64,000 nucleotides of DNA from an uncultured Chloroflexia bacterium (GCA_963708065.1 CAVPRZ010000011.1:524915-588914), one strand, 5' to 3'. Counted from the first letter of the stretch, positions 9,264-19,516 are shown. The notes: generated by a model not told the origin, from the letters alone. Numbers and translations: made by a program.

Positions 9264-10562
9264 TCAGGCGACCGGGGCCTCCGCCTCCGATCCGGCGGCT
9301 TCGGTAGTGATCGGATCGGAGACGGCGTTCTCGCGGCGCGCGAGCAGGACGAACGGCAGCGCGAGCGCCTGGATGGCGGCGGCGATCACGTACGACGCCC
9401 CGTAGCCGTAGACGTCGGCCGCTCGGCCGAGGGCGGGCTGGGCCACGACGCCGCCGGCCGAGCCCATCAGCGAATCGAACGACAGCACCGTGGCGCGTTG
9501 CTCCGACGGGATCACGCCGTTGATGAACGCCTGGCGCAGGGGCGACTCGATGGCGAAGACCATGCACCACGCCGCGAGCAGGACCAGGGCGAGCGCGAAG
9601 CTCTGGGTCACGCCGATGGCCACCAGCAGGATCGTGGTCAGGACGCTGCCCAGGATCAGGGCGTCGGTGCGCCGGCGGAACAGCCGTCGGACCCGCGACA
9701 CGACGAGCCCACCCACGATCTGGGCGCCGGCGACGAGCGCGGCCGCGAGGCCCGCGATCCCGTACGCGCTCGGGTCGCCGTAGAGCTGGAGCAGGTACGG
9801 CTGGGAGGCGTAAAAGACGTAGATCCCGACCCCGGCCGTGAACGGGGCGGCCAGCATGAGCCAGCGCACGGGTGGGTTCCGGAAGCCGCCGTCGATCGAA
9901 CCGCGAAGGACGGTGCGGACCGCCGTGAGCGGGCTGGCGCCGCGATCGGGACTGAACCCGAGGTCGTGCATGAACAGCCAGGCCACGACGAGGGTGAGCC
10001 CGAGCAGGGCTGCCCGGGCGATGTACGGCGCCGCCAGGGTCGTCGCCTGGGCAAGGACGCCGCCGAGCACGGAGCCCACGAGCATCGCCGCCCCGCCGAC
10101 GACCTGTGCCCGTCCGAAGACATGCTCGAGGCTCCCCTCGAAGCCGGTGGCCTCGAGCGCGTCGACGAGCCAGGCCTCCGTGGCGCCGGAGAAGAACGTG
10201 AACCCGAGCCCGAGCAGGATCGAGGCGATCGCCCAGCCCCAGAGCGGGGCCCGGAGCTGCCACATGACCAGGTAGAGCAGGGTCGCCAGCAGGAGGGTGC
10301 CCGCCCCGAGCAGGTACGACGTGCGCCGACCGCGGGTGTCGGCCACGACACCCGTCGGCACCTCGAAGAGCACTTCGCCAACGGTGAAGAACGCGTTCGC
10401 CGTGAACGCCTCGGCGTTGTTCAGGCCGGCGTCGAGCAGGAACAGCGTGTTGACGCCCCAGATGAACGAGGCCGCCAGCGTGTTGAGCAGGGTCAGGCCG
10501 AGGTAGGTCCGCTGGACGGATCGCGCGGTGTCGGTCACAACGCGGCGCTCAGCGCAACCCAC
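9264..10562 (-). CDS. MFS transporter (12 TM), 432 aa
   Basis: Uniformly hydrophobic multi-TM translation with an MFS loop motif GVVADTRGRR between TM2 and TM3. Confidence 0.85.
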   Translation of the reverse strand: MGCAERRVVTDTARSVQRTYLGLTLLNTLAASFIWGVNTLFLLDAGLNNAEAFTANAFFTVGEVLFEVPTGVVADTRGRRTSYLLGAGTLLLATLLYLVMWQLRAPLWGWAIASILLGLGFTFFSGATEAWLVDALEATGFEGSLEHVFGRAQVVGGAAMLVGSVLGGVLAQATTLAAPYIARAALLGLTLVVAWLFMHDLGFSPDRGASPLTAVRTVLRGSIDGGFRNPPVRWLMLAAPFTAGVGIYVFYASQPYLLQLYGDPSAYGIAGLAAALVAGAQIVGGLVVSRVRRLFRRRTDALILGSVLTTILLVAIGVTQSFALALVLLAAWCMVFAIESPLRQAFINGVIPSEQRATVLSFDSLMGSAGGVVAQPALGRAADVYGYGASYVIAAAIQALALPFVLLARRENAVSDPITTEAAGSEAEAPVA

Positions 10563-10701
10563 GAGCGGCGGGCCGAGCGTGTCGTCGAGGGACGGCCACC
10601 GGATACGTACGGTCGAGTCGACGTACGATCCGGCGGCCCGTTCGCCTCATCGTCGGATCGGCACGACGTCGTCCCCCCGCGTCGTCGCACCGTCCGTCGT
10701 C

Positions 10702-11550
10702 CTACGGCAGGAAGTAGTTCGGGTTCGGCAGCTTGAAGGTGCGATCGGCCTTGCCGCCCTTCAGGTCGCTGAACTGGTCGCCGAAGTTGGCGACGATGTC
10801 GTAGCCCAGCGACTCGATGTGGGCTCGGGTCGCGGACTTGTAGTGGATGGTCGTGCAGGACTTGCCGGCCAGGATCTCGTCGGCACAGGCGTCCTTGAGG
10901 TACTGCGGATAGTCGACGACGGCCGGCTTGGTGAAGAGGCCGTCCTCGCCGTCGTTCAGCGTCGTCGGGGCCGGGTACCCGGCGTCGACCCCGATCCCAT
11001 CCGCCGTCAGGTTGCCCAGGGTGTCGGCCTCCTGGGTGGCGGGCCGGCCCGTGATGAAGATGATCGCGTAGCCCTTGGAGGCCGCCTTCGTCACCATCGC
11101 GACCATGCCCGGCACGGCCGGGAACTGCTGGCCGGTGACGAACGTGGCGTTGGTCGCCGGGTTGTAGGCCCAGTTGCTGAAGATCTCGTAGTTCCAGGTG
11201 ACCAGCGTCGTGTCGTCAACGTCCAGCACGATCGCCTTGATCTTGGTGCCGTGGTGGTGTGAGTGCGCGGCGAGCCAATGGGTCCCTGCGCGGGCGACGG
11301 ACTTCGCCTCCCTGGCGTAGTAGCTGTCGTCGCCTACGACGCCGCTCCCGAGCGGATCGCCGTAGTAGTTCCGGATCTGCTGGCGCAGCACGTCGATGTT
11401 GGTGATCGCCCCCGCGGAGTGGGGCGTGAACGTCTTGATCGCCGGCGAGACCGCTCCGGTGGCGACCCCGCCGGCGACGACGGACAAGGCCAGCACGATT
11501 CCGCCGATCACCAGCTTGCGTGAGCGTAGGACGCGCGTGAAACGGGCCAT
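10702..11550 (-). CDS. secreted HAD-superfamily class B acid phosphatase (5'-nucleotidase lipoprotein e(P4) family)
   Basis: ATG at 11550 with a GGAGGA RBS. The signal peptide is MARFTRVLRSRKLVIGGIVLALSVVAG. It carries the DDDD-type motif VLDVDDTTL and GDQFSDL. Confidence 0.8.
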   Translation of the reverse strand: MARFTRVLRSRKLVIGGIVLALSVVAGGVATGAVSPAIKTFTPHSAGAITNIDVLRQQIRNYYGDPLGSGVVGDDSYYAREAKSVARAGTHWLAAHSHHHGTKIKAIVLDVDDTTLVTWNYEIFSNWAYNPATNATFVTGQQFPAVPGMVAMVTKAASKGYAIIFITGRPATQEADTLGNLTADGIGVDAGYPAPTTLNDGEDGLFTKPAVVDYPQYLKDACADEILAGKSCTTIHYKSATRAHIESLGYDIVANFGDQFSDLKGGKADRTFKLPNPNYFLP

Positions 11551-11744
11551 ATGGTCCTCCTTCCATGATGGCTGCCCGATTGACCCGACCATGGTATCTG
11601 GCGCCGCACTGTGCGGCGCGACCGCTGGAGGGTTAACGATGGCTACTGTGTCGACGACAGCCACGCACCGACCCGCCCGGGCTCATGGCGAATCGGGCCG
11701 CGGGTCGCGCGGCCCGATTCTGCTGCCCCCTGCCGCTCAGGCGC

Positions 11745-12996
11745 CTACGGCGCGAGGCGCTGCCACTCGATCGAGTCCGGACTGGCCATCGACCAGGCCA
11801 TCTGTTTGCCCGGACCGCCGGCCGGATCGAGCAGCCACGGAACGGATGCGTTCCACTGGATCGCGAGGATCGCGCTGCCATCGGGCGACCAGTCGAACTG
11901 GACTCCATCGGTGAATTCGGGCCCGGTCAACGTGACCGCCGGCGCAGCGTCATCGACCGGGATGACACCGACCCGCGTAGTGTTCGTGGTGTCAGGCACC
12001 TGCAGGACGGCGAGGCGCGTCCCGTCGGGCGACCAGCGCGGGAAGTTCAGGAGGGCACCGTCCTCGGGCGCGACCACGACGTCATGGCCGTCGTCGATCG
12101 TCACGATGTGGATCTGCTTCTCCGGGTACATGCCGAACGCGACCCGGCTCCCGTCGGGCGACGGCGTGACCCACTGGAAGGCATTCTCGCCCCCGTTGAG
12201 CGACGTGATCGGCCGAGCACTGCCGTCGTCCGCCCCCACGACGAACAGCTCGCCCTTGCCGCCTCGCAACCCGTGGACGATGAGCTGACGTCCGTCCGGA
12301 GGACGCCACGCGAGCTCGGCCCCTGCGGCGACGTCAAGATTGACGGGACGTGCCCCGGAGCCATCGGTGCTGGCGATCCAGAGTTGGTCGGCGGACAGGA
12401 ACGCAATCTTCGTTCCGTCGGGCGACCAGGTGAGGCGTCCGGGGATGGTCTTCGGCTGATCCGTGACGCGGGTCAATCCTCCGCCCGAGGCGTCGACGAC
12501 GAAGACCTGGTCGCCTCCGGCTACCCGGCGCAGGAAGGCGATCCGGGTCCCGTCGAGCGAGAAGACCGGGAAGCGATCGGACTCGGAGCCGGTGACGACG
12601 GTCCTCGTCGCCCCGTTCGTCGGATCGACCACCGCGATGTCGCCTGTCGAGGTCGCGTAGGTGACGACGCCCATTCGCCGCCGGACCGAACGGAGCCGGC
12701 ACCCTGCGGGGCGAGCCGGCGATGGCATACGCGACCACCGCCGCGATGATGAGGAGAAGCAGCACTGCGAGGACGGCTGCGCTGCGCGGGACCTGCGCCC
12801 GGCGCATGGTGAGTTCCATTGGGATCCACCTTTCGGGGAGCAGCCAGGCCGGGCGGGGGCGCTTGCGCGCCGTTCGCGCGATCGTCCGATCGAGCAGGTC
12901 ATCCGGCTCGTGGACGCGCGCCTCCGCGTCGAACCAGGCAGCCATCAGGCGGTCGAACTCGGGCGCCGTCGGCTCGAAGCCGTCACGCGTCGTCAT
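11745..12996 (-). CDS. anti-sigma factor (N-terminal cytoplasmic domain + TM) fused to extracytoplasmic TolB-like beta-propeller; apparent frameshift near 12670
   Basis: Frame A from 12996 reads MTTRDGFEPTAPEFDRLMAAWFDAEARV, then the TM LAVLLLLIIAAVVAYAIAG, then low-complexity sequence. Frame B reads from about 12677 to 11745 as PD40/TolB-like repeats (WSPDGTRIAF, WSPDGTKIAF, WSPDGTRLAV). The start overlaps the sigma-factor stop as ATGA. Confidence 0.6.
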
Positions 12997-13547
12997 GCTG
13001 GCCGCCCTTCATTGATGATCGGGGATCGGGCGTCCGCCTCCAGCGCAGAGCGCATCGCACGCGTCGCCCGATGCAGGCGTGACCGGACCGTGCCCGGTGG
13101 GACGCCCAGGACCTCGGCCGCCTCGTCGAGGCTGAGGCCGAGGTAGTAATGGAGCACGAGGACCGCCCGCTGGTCGGTATCGAGGCGGCGGAAGCCGCGC
13201 TCGACCTGATCGCGGTCGGCGAGGCCGAGGCTCGCGTCCGGCTCGGAAGCTTCAATCGTCCGGACGTGGACCTCGATGCTCCCCCGGCGCCGGGCTCGAC
13301 CCGCCTCGCGATAGCAGGCGTTGACCAGGAGCCGGTGGAGCCAGGCGTCGAAGCGGTCGGGATCGCGCAGGCCACGGATGTGCGTCCAGGCGGCGACGAG
13401 CGCCTCCTGGGCCGCGTCCTCGGCCTTTGCCTCGTCGCGGAGGATCAGCCGGGCGACGACGTAGAGCCGGCCGATCGAGATGCGCGCCAGCTCGGTGAAC
13501 GCATCGTGATCGCCCGTCATCGCCCGCTCCACGAGATCCCGCTGCAT
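12993..13547 (-). CDS. ECF RNA polymerase sigma factor
   Basis: Region 2 (AQEALVAAWTHIRGLRDPDRFDAWLHRLLVNACYR) and region 4 (DQRAVLVLHYYLGLSLDEAAEVLGVPPGTVRSRL) are present. It is translationally coupled (ATGA) to the downstream anti-sigma gene. Confidence 0.85.
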   Translation of the reverse strand: MQRDLVERAMTGDHDAFTELARISIGRLYVVARLILRDEAKAEDAAQEALVAAWTHIRGLRDPDRFDAWLHRLLVNACYREAGRARRRGSIEVHVRTIEASEPDASLGLADRDQVERGFRRLDTDQRAVLVLHYYLGLSLDEAAEVLGVPPGTVRSRLHRATRAMRSALEADARSPIINEGRPA

Positions 13548-13640
13548 CGGGCCTCCAGGTGGGCACGACCCCAGTGGTCGTGTCACAGCCTATGAGCGGC
13601 GCCAAGTGCCCCCGGTTCCCGAATTGGCCGAGCCGGGACC

Positions 13641-14941
13641 TCAGTCGCCGGTGCGGACGCTCCAGCTCGTTCCGGACGGCTCGTCGTGGAGCTCGACCCC
13701 GGCGCCGATCAGCCGATCGCGGACGAGGTCGGCGGTGGTCCAGTCGCGCGCGTCGCGGGCGCGGGCTCGGACCTCGATGAGGGCCTCGACGAACGGGCCG
13801 ACCGTCTCATGGGGAGGACGGCTGCCGTCCCCGACCGACTCGCCGAGTCGGACGATCAGCGACCGGTAGGTCGCCCGCGCCGCCTGGAGGTCCGGGCTGT
13901 CCTCGCCGGCGCCGACCCGCCGCTCGATCACCTGGTCGAGGGTGAGCAGCCCGCCGACCGCCCGGCCCGCGTCCCGGTCGGCCAGCGCCGCGACGATCGC
14001 GCCCTCGAGCCCGGCGACCTCGTCGCGAAGCGGCCCGCCGACGGCATCAGCCCCGTCTGCCCTGCCGAGTCCGGCCCCGCCGGGCTCGCCATCCGCGGTC
14101 GACCGGTCCGGCCGGTCGTCCGTCGACCGCGCGCGGATCTCGTCGGCGGCAACGGCCAGGTCGTCGATCGGGACCTCGGTCCCGTTCGGGAAGACCCGGC
14201 TCCGTCCGTCGGCCCGGACCGTCACCCCGCCCAGCCCGAGGACCGTCGCGGTCCGACGCTCGAGGTCGAGGACGAGCGCGGTGTGGCTGTCGACCCCGAG
14301 GACGAACGTCCGCTCCGGCATCGCCCGCTCGAGCATCCGCAGGCGGCGCTCGCCGATGTAGCAGAACCGGGTGTCGTGGTTGCCGCCCTCGGCGTTGTCG
14401 TAGTGCGGCACCACCGCGGCGCTGCAGGCCCGTGGCGGGCCCGAGCAGGTCCAGGCCGGGCAGCCAGGCGGGTGCCTCGCCGACCTTGTAGATCTCGTAG
14501 ACCGGGATCGTGACGACGCCCACCGTCAGCGCGGCGGCGCTGGCCATCGTGACGATCCCGCCGCCGGACAGCTTCGTCGCGAGTGCGGCCGGGATCGGTC
14601 CGTCGGCCCACTGGCGGAGGGCGTAGCTCGGGCTGCCCGGGCCGGACAGCACGTAGTCCGCGTCCCCGATCCGGGCCAGCGCGGTGGCCGACTCGACCGG
14701 TCCGACGTCGCGCGTCCGGTACGAGGCCACCGTCATCTGCGCGCCCGATGCTGACCCGGAAGTAGTCGACGATCCGCGCCGTGAGGTCGTCGGCGTTCTC
14801 CTGGAAGCCGTACGGCGTGTCGATCAGGGTCGCACCGGCCGTTCGACGCTCGAACCGCTCGAAGAGCGCGCGATGGACCTTGGCCATCGTCGGTGCCGTC
14901 TCACCGGAGCCCATGATGGCCAGGATGCGCGGACCGCTCAT
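13641..14941 (-). pseudogene. hypothetical enzyme with type-1 glutamine-amidotransferase/peptidase-S51-like N-region and CysRS-like C-terminal anticodon-binding-like domain; two apparent frameshifts (near 14740 and 14420)
   Basis: Three consecutive minus-strand frames each carry a coding-like segment: MSGPRILAIMGSGETAP...TLIDTPYGFQEN, then ARIGDADYVLSGPGSPSYAL...VTIPVYEIYKVGEAPAW, then CYIGERRL...DWTTADLVRDRLIGAGVELHDEPSGTSW. The last segment resembles the CysS C-terminus. Confidence 0.45.
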
Positions 14942-15043
14942 CGCCCGATGGTACGACGGCGCCCCCACACGCTCGAGCTGCGGCCACGCCGTGCGTCGTG
15001 GGCAGCGTCGGAACCGCGCGGTACCGGCTATCGTCAGGGGGCC

Positions 15044-15448
15044 ATGCGAATTGTCGCCGCGACCGCCCTCCTCGGGGTCGTCCTCGCCCTCGGCGCGTGC
15101 ACGGCCGGCGCCGCATCCCCGGCCGCCGACAAGGTCGCGATCCGGGGGACGGCCACCGCCGGCCCGACCTGTCCCGTCGAACGTCCCGGCGACTCGTCGT
15201 GCGCGCCACGCCCCGTCGCGGGGGCCACGATCGTCGTCCAGACTGGCGCCGGCGTCGAGATCGCCCGCCTGACCACCGCCGCCGATGGCACGTTCAGCGT
15301 CGACCTCGCGGCGGGCGACTACCGCCTCGTGCCCCAGCCGGTCGAGGGAATCCTCGGCACGGCCGACCAGGTCACGGTGACCGTGCCGGCGAGCGGCTCA
15401 CCGGTCCCGGACGAGATCCTGATCCGCTACGACACCGGCATCCGCTAG
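15044..15448 (+). CDS. lipoprotein with carboxypeptidase-regulatory-like (transthyretin-like) domain, 134 aa
   Basis: ATG at 15044 with an AGGGGG RBS. The signal peptide MRIVAATALLGVVLALGAC has a lipobox and is followed by a beta-rich domain. Confidence 0.7.
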   Translation: MRIVAATALLGVVLALGACTAGAASPAADKVAIRGTATAGPTCPVERPGDSSCAPRPVAGATIVVQTGAGVEIARLTTAADGTFSVDLAAGDYRLVPQPVEGILGTADQVTVTVPASGSPVPDEILIRYDTGIR

Positions 15449-15457
15449 CCTAGCCGG

Positions 15458-16339
15458 ATGAACACCGGCGACCGGCTGCGGGTGGCGCTCGTCCAGCTCG
15501 ACGCGGGCGACGACGCGGAGCGCAACATCGAGACCGCCGCGGCGCTCGCCGACCGCGCCGCCGCCGACGGCGCCCGCCTGGTCGCCCTGCCCGAATACCT
15601 CCAGTTTCGCGGCTCCGACGACGGCTACCGCGCCTCGGCCCGGCCGATTCCCGGCCCGTGGACCGATCGCTTCGCCGCGGTCGCCCGAGACCGGGGTGCG
15701 TGGATCCTGGTCGGCTCGCTCGCCGAGACGTCCGCCGATCCCGCCCGTCCGTACAACACGAGCGTGCTCATCGATCCCGACGGCCGGATCGCGGCGACCT
15801 ACCGCAAGATCCACCTCTTCGACGTGACCGTCGAGGATGGGCCGGTCGACCGCGAGTCCGATCGAGTGAGCCCCGGGGACCGGGCGGTCGTGGCCTCGGT
15901 CGACGGGATCGGGGTCGGTCTGTCGATCTGCTACGACCTGCGCTTCCCCGAGCTCTACCGGGCGCTCGCCCTGGCCGGCGCGGAGGTCCTGACGGTCCCG
16001 GCCAACTTCACCGAGCGGACCGGGCGCGACCACTGGGAGGTGCTCCTCCGTGCCCGCGCGATCGAGAACGGGGCGTACGTCCTGGCGCCCTCGCAGATCG
16101 GCGGACCACCCGGCCAGCCCGCGTTCGGGCGGTCGATGATCGTCGACCCATGGGGGACGGTCGTCGCCCAGGCTCCGGACCGCGTCGGCGTGGTCGCAGC
16201 CGAGCTGGACCTTGGCCGGGTCCGCTCGATCCGTCGCCAGATCCCGGCGCTGGCGAACCGTCGACCCGAGGCGGCGAGCCGGGTGGAAGTCCGGGCGCCC
16301 GCCCGCCAGGAGGTCTCGGGACGCCAAACGGCCGGATGA
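15458..16339 (+). CDS. carbon-nitrogen hydrolase (nitrilase superfamily, Nit/omega-amidase-like)
   Basis: 293 aa. Candidate catalytic triad is E (ALPEY), K (YRKIHLFD) and C (GLSICYDLRFPE). The ORF is intact. Confidence 0.85.
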   Translation: MNTGDRLRVALVQLDAGDDAERNIETAAALADRAAADGARLVALPEYLQFRGSDDGYRASARPIPGPWTDRFAAVARDRGAWILVGSLAETSADPARPYNTSVLIDPDGRIAATYRKIHLFDVTVEDGPVDRESDRVSPGDRAVVASVDGIGVGLSICYDLRFPELYRALALAGAEVLTVPANFTERTGRDHWEVLLRARAIENGAYVLAPSQIGGPPGQPAFGRSMIVDPWGTVVAQAPDRVGVVAAELDLGRVRSIRRQIPALANRRPEAASRVEVRAPARQEVSGRQTAG

Positions 16340-16460
16340 CGAAACCGCCATCCGGCCGCGGGTGGTCCCCGAGGACCCGGGGACGGATCGGGGGCTGGGG
16401 TCCCGCTCCGCCCCGTGATGGTACTCCTGGCTCCGACGCTCCGATCGGGACGTGCCGGGG

Positions 16461-17444
16461 TCAGCGCACGAGGCCGAGGTAGTAGAGCGAGTCGGTCTTG
16501 CTCGGGGGGCTTTCGCTGCCGCTGCCGGGGAGCGTGGGGTAGGGGTAGGTTCCGACGAAGTACGCCCGGAAGTCCTCGTGCGTCGGCAGACCGGTCGACG
16601 TGATGATGAAGGCGGCAACGCCGTCGACCTGGTACCCGGACATGGTCTCCTTGGTGTAGGTCGGGATGAGCACGGTCGCCTTGCTCTGGATCCAGCGGGC
16701 GAAGCAGCTGATGTCGGCCGGGCTGGCGGCGATGGGACCGCGCCTCACGCTGGAGCCGATCGACACGCTGGGGTTGTCGGGCGTGCACAGGCTGGCATGG
16801 AGCTGGTTCGGGTCCTTGGATCCCTTCCACGAGAGCCAGGCGAAGCCGGTCGGCGCGACCTTGTCGCGGGCGACGTCGTAGACCTGCCCGGCCTGGAAGG
16901 GCGCGGTCGGATCGCGCCGGATGGCGATCGGCAGGAGCTGGCCGGCCGGCGCGACGGCCGGCTTGATCGTGAGCGCGGTGGCCGTCGTGTCGACCAGCCA
17001 GGACGACTGGCCGATGAGCCCGAGGAAGTAGGTCCGCGGGCGGCGGTCGACATCGACCCGAACGCCGATGATCGCGGAACCTGCGATCGAGCCGCCATCG
17101 CCGGCCTTGACTGGTCCGAGGTCGGCCTGACCGGGTCCCATGAACCGGGCGGTCCAGGCACACGGGACGGCGCCGCCGGACCTACAGCCGTTGTCGGTCA
17201 TGCTCGCGGCGATCGCCGCCTGGACGCTGCCGCGGGTCGCGAACGTCGATCTGACGTAGGCGTCGGCGATCACCTTGGTCCCGGCCATCGCGCCCAGGTC
17301 GGCCGCGTTCTGCCCGGCGCGCCGTTCGAGGAAGGCCGTGCCGCCGTCGACGACGAGGCCGACGACGAGCAGGATCACGAGCAGGCCGAGGCCGAAGATC
17401 ACGATGACCTGGCCGCCCTGCCGGCGGAGTCGCCGACGGCTCAC
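16461..17444 (-). CDS. TadG/TadE-like Flp-pilus assembly (pseudopilin-like) protein
   Basis: GTG at 17444 overlaps the upstream stop as GTGA. The N-terminal TM is VIVIFGLGLLVILLVVGLVVDGGTAFLERRAGQNAADLGAMAG, typical of TadG. The upstream Arg-rich 85 aa of the ORF was excluded. Confidence 0.7.
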   Translation of the reverse strand: MSRRRLRRQGGQVIVIFGLGLLVILLVVGLVVDGGTAFLERRAGQNAADLGAMAGTKVIADAYVRSTFATRGSVQAAIAASMTDNGCRSGGAVPCAWTARFMGPGQADLGPVKAGDGGSIAGSAIIGVRVDVDRRPRTYFLGLIGQSSWLVDTTATALTIKPAVAPAGQLLPIAIRRDPTAPFQAGQVYDVARDKVAPTGFAWLSWKGSKDPNQLHASLCTPDNPSVSIGSSVRRGPIAASPADISCFARWIQSKATVLIPTYTKETMSGYQVDGVAAFIITSTGLPTHEDFRAYFVGTYPYPTLPGSGSESPPSKTDSLYYLGLVR

Positions 17445-17888
17445 TGGTTGACCGTCACCTGGGCGTAGCCGGTCAGGCTGCGCTCGCCGATCAGCTGGCC
17501 GATGATCGGGGTCAGGATCTGGAAGTCCGCCTCGACGGTGACGTCGAGCAGGTCGTTCGTCCGGCAGCTCGACGCCGACGGTTTGGTCCACGATCCGGCC
17601 GTCGAGCGCTGGCAGCCGACGGTCACGGTGGCGCCGGGGACGCCGGCCAGCCTGCTGAGCGTGACCTTCCGCACGCAGGCATCGCGGCCTCCAGTGCAAC
17701 CGGCGACGCCACCCGCGACGGAGCCGTACCGGGCGCCCTCGCGGGCCGCCTGGTTGAGGGCGTTGGCGGTGTAGACGAACCGCCCGATGTCGATCAGCCC
17801 GAAGAGCAGGAGCAGGAAGATCGGGAGCACGAGCGCGAACTCGACCAGCGACTGGCCGGCGCGTGGACGATGCACGGTGCGGATCACC
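17441..17888 (-). CDS. TadE-like protein (148 aa)
   Basis: TadE motif QSLVEFALVLPIFLLLLFGLIDIGRFVY. The GTG start overlaps the upstream stop as GTGA. Confidence 0.7.
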
Positions 17889-19350
17889 GGTGGCTCACGG
17901 AGATGCTGATGCTGGCGACCCGGCAGTCGAACGGGGTCCGGCTCTGCGCGGTGACCTCCCGGTTGTCGGAGCCGGTGGCCGGGCTGAACGGCCCGCTGAA
18001 TCCGGCGCTCAACCAGAGCGCCCTCGCCTCCGCCACGGTGCGGGAGTCGCCCGACGGATCCTCGACCAGGTTGGGCACGACCCGGGAGCTCCCGGAGCAC
18101 GTCTCGACCTCGACCGACGCCCGCGCCGAGACCGGGCTCGTCTCCCGGCTGTCGGCTGTGGCCGTGTTCCCGAAGTCGCCCGCGTTGGTGAACGTCCGGC
18201 TGTAGAAGCAGGTGTAGGTCTCGCTCGGGTCGAGCGTCGACGGCGGTCGCGGGCAGTCGCCGTTGCGCGGGAGCGTGCCCATCGAGTCGCGGATCGAGAA
18301 GGACGTCGCGGGCAGGCCGCCGACGTTCCTGACCAGGATCCGGTACCAGACCGTCGGGTTGACCCGGTTGTTCTCGCCGACCGTCAGGTCGGTGTCGGAT
18401 CCGAACGGCGGGTCGTTGCGGAAGACATTCACGGTCTTGCTGATCGCGAGCTCGGCCGGATCGGCGATGACGTTCACGATCGCGACGTCCTGGACCGGCG
18501 AGATCTCGAGCCCATGGACGGTCACCGTGTTCGTGACCTGGCGCTCTTCCTGTCCGCCCGAATCGGCGGTCCGCGTGTAGTCGCAGCGGTAGTGCTCGCC
18601 GACCGAGAGGACCTTCTTCCAGGACGGACAGGAGGACGGCCAGCCGCCGGGGGTGTCGGTCACCGTCAGCCCGGTCAGCGTCGTGCCACCCGAGTTCACG
18701 ACGTCGACCCGGTACTGGATCGGATCGCCGTTGGAGAACTCGAGGTAGACCGGCTGTCCCGTCACGGGATCGGGCGTCGGGGTCCGCTCGTACTTGCCCG
18801 TCTTCGGGTTCCGGACCGTCTTGGTGACGCTCAGTCCGGGATTCGGGTCGAACGCCCGGTTGAGGACCGTCGCCTCCGACTGGGCGTGGAGGGTCAGCCC
18901 GCGATCGAGCAGGCTGCCGAGGATCGGCGTGATCAACCGGAACTGGAAGTCGATCGCGACCCGGTAGGTATCCCCGTCGACGCAGTCGCGGAGGCTGCCG
19001 CGGGCGGAGCCACTCGGGCTCAGGCAGGCGACCGTCGGTGTGGGCAGCGACCCGTCGGCGTCGCGCAGGTTGCCGGCCTCGGTCTGGACATGCCAGACGA
19101 CGTTGAGCGGGTTCGGGCACTGCGTGCTCGCGCGGTCGCACATCGGGTTCGACGAGCCGTAGAGGGCGCCCTCCTTGCTGGCATTGACGATCGCGACATA
19201 CGCGTAGAAGAGCCGCCCGAGATCGACCGCCCCGGCGATGAGGAGCAGGAAGATCGGCATGACCAGGACGAGCTCGACGAGGGCCTGACCTCGTGAGCGA
19301 CGGGCTGGCGAGCGGTGGCGGCGGAGGATGCGCCACATCGGCGATGACAT
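17884..19350 (-). CDS. TadE-like N-terminal domain fused to DUF11-type conserved-repeat domains (489 aa)
   Basis: N-terminus QALVELVLVMPIFLLLIAGAVDLGRLFY is the TadE motif. It is followed by repeated beta-rich modules (TVTDTPGGW, RILVRNVGG, TVNVFRNDPP). ATG at 19350. Confidence 0.7.
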   Translation of the reverse strand: MSSPMWRILRRHRSPARRSRGQALVELVLVMPIFLLLIAGAVDLGRLFYAYVAIVNASKEGALYGSSNPMCDRASTQCPNPLNVVWHVQTEAGNLRDADGSLPTPTVACLSPSGSARGSLRDCVDGDTYRVAIDFQFRLITPILGSLLDRGLTLHAQSEATVLNRAFDPNPGLSVTKTVRNPKTGKYERTPTPDPVTGQPVYLEFSNGDPIQYRVDVVNSGGTTLTGLTVTDTPGGWPSSCPSWKKVLSVGEHYRCDYTRTADSGGQEERQVTNTVTVHGLEISPVQDVAIVNVIADPAELAISKTVNVFRNDPPFGSDTDLTVGENNRVNPTVWYRILVRNVGGLPATSFSIRDSMGTLPRNGDCPRPPSTLDPSETYTCFYSRTFTNAGDFGNTATADSRETSPVSARASVEVETCSGSSRVVPNLVEDPSGDSRTVAEARALWLSAGFSGPFSPATGSDNREVTAQSRTPFDCRVASISISVSHR

Positions 19351-19516
19351 TCGATGGCGGTTCCCATGTCGACGCGCAGGGCCCGTCGCCCCGGCGCGGG
19401 AAACCATCGTCGCGCGCGCACCTTACACGTCACCTTTCTACACCGGACCGTACCCCTCCGGCGGTGGTACTTCCGTGGCATGGCCGGGCCCGGCGGCCCG
19501 GCGCATCGTGCGGTCC

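Noticed and set aside
8599-10263. 554-aa minus ORF overlapping the sigma-factor and MFS genes
   Set aside because: The translation is Arg/Ser/Pro-rich and low-complexity. It is out of frame with the MFS gene on the same strand and antisense to the sigma factor.
17441-19336. Full 631-aa reading of ORF 17441..19336 (-)
   Set aside because: Only the last 148 aa (the TadE-like protein) look coding. The remainder overlaps the TadE-DUF11 gene in another frame.
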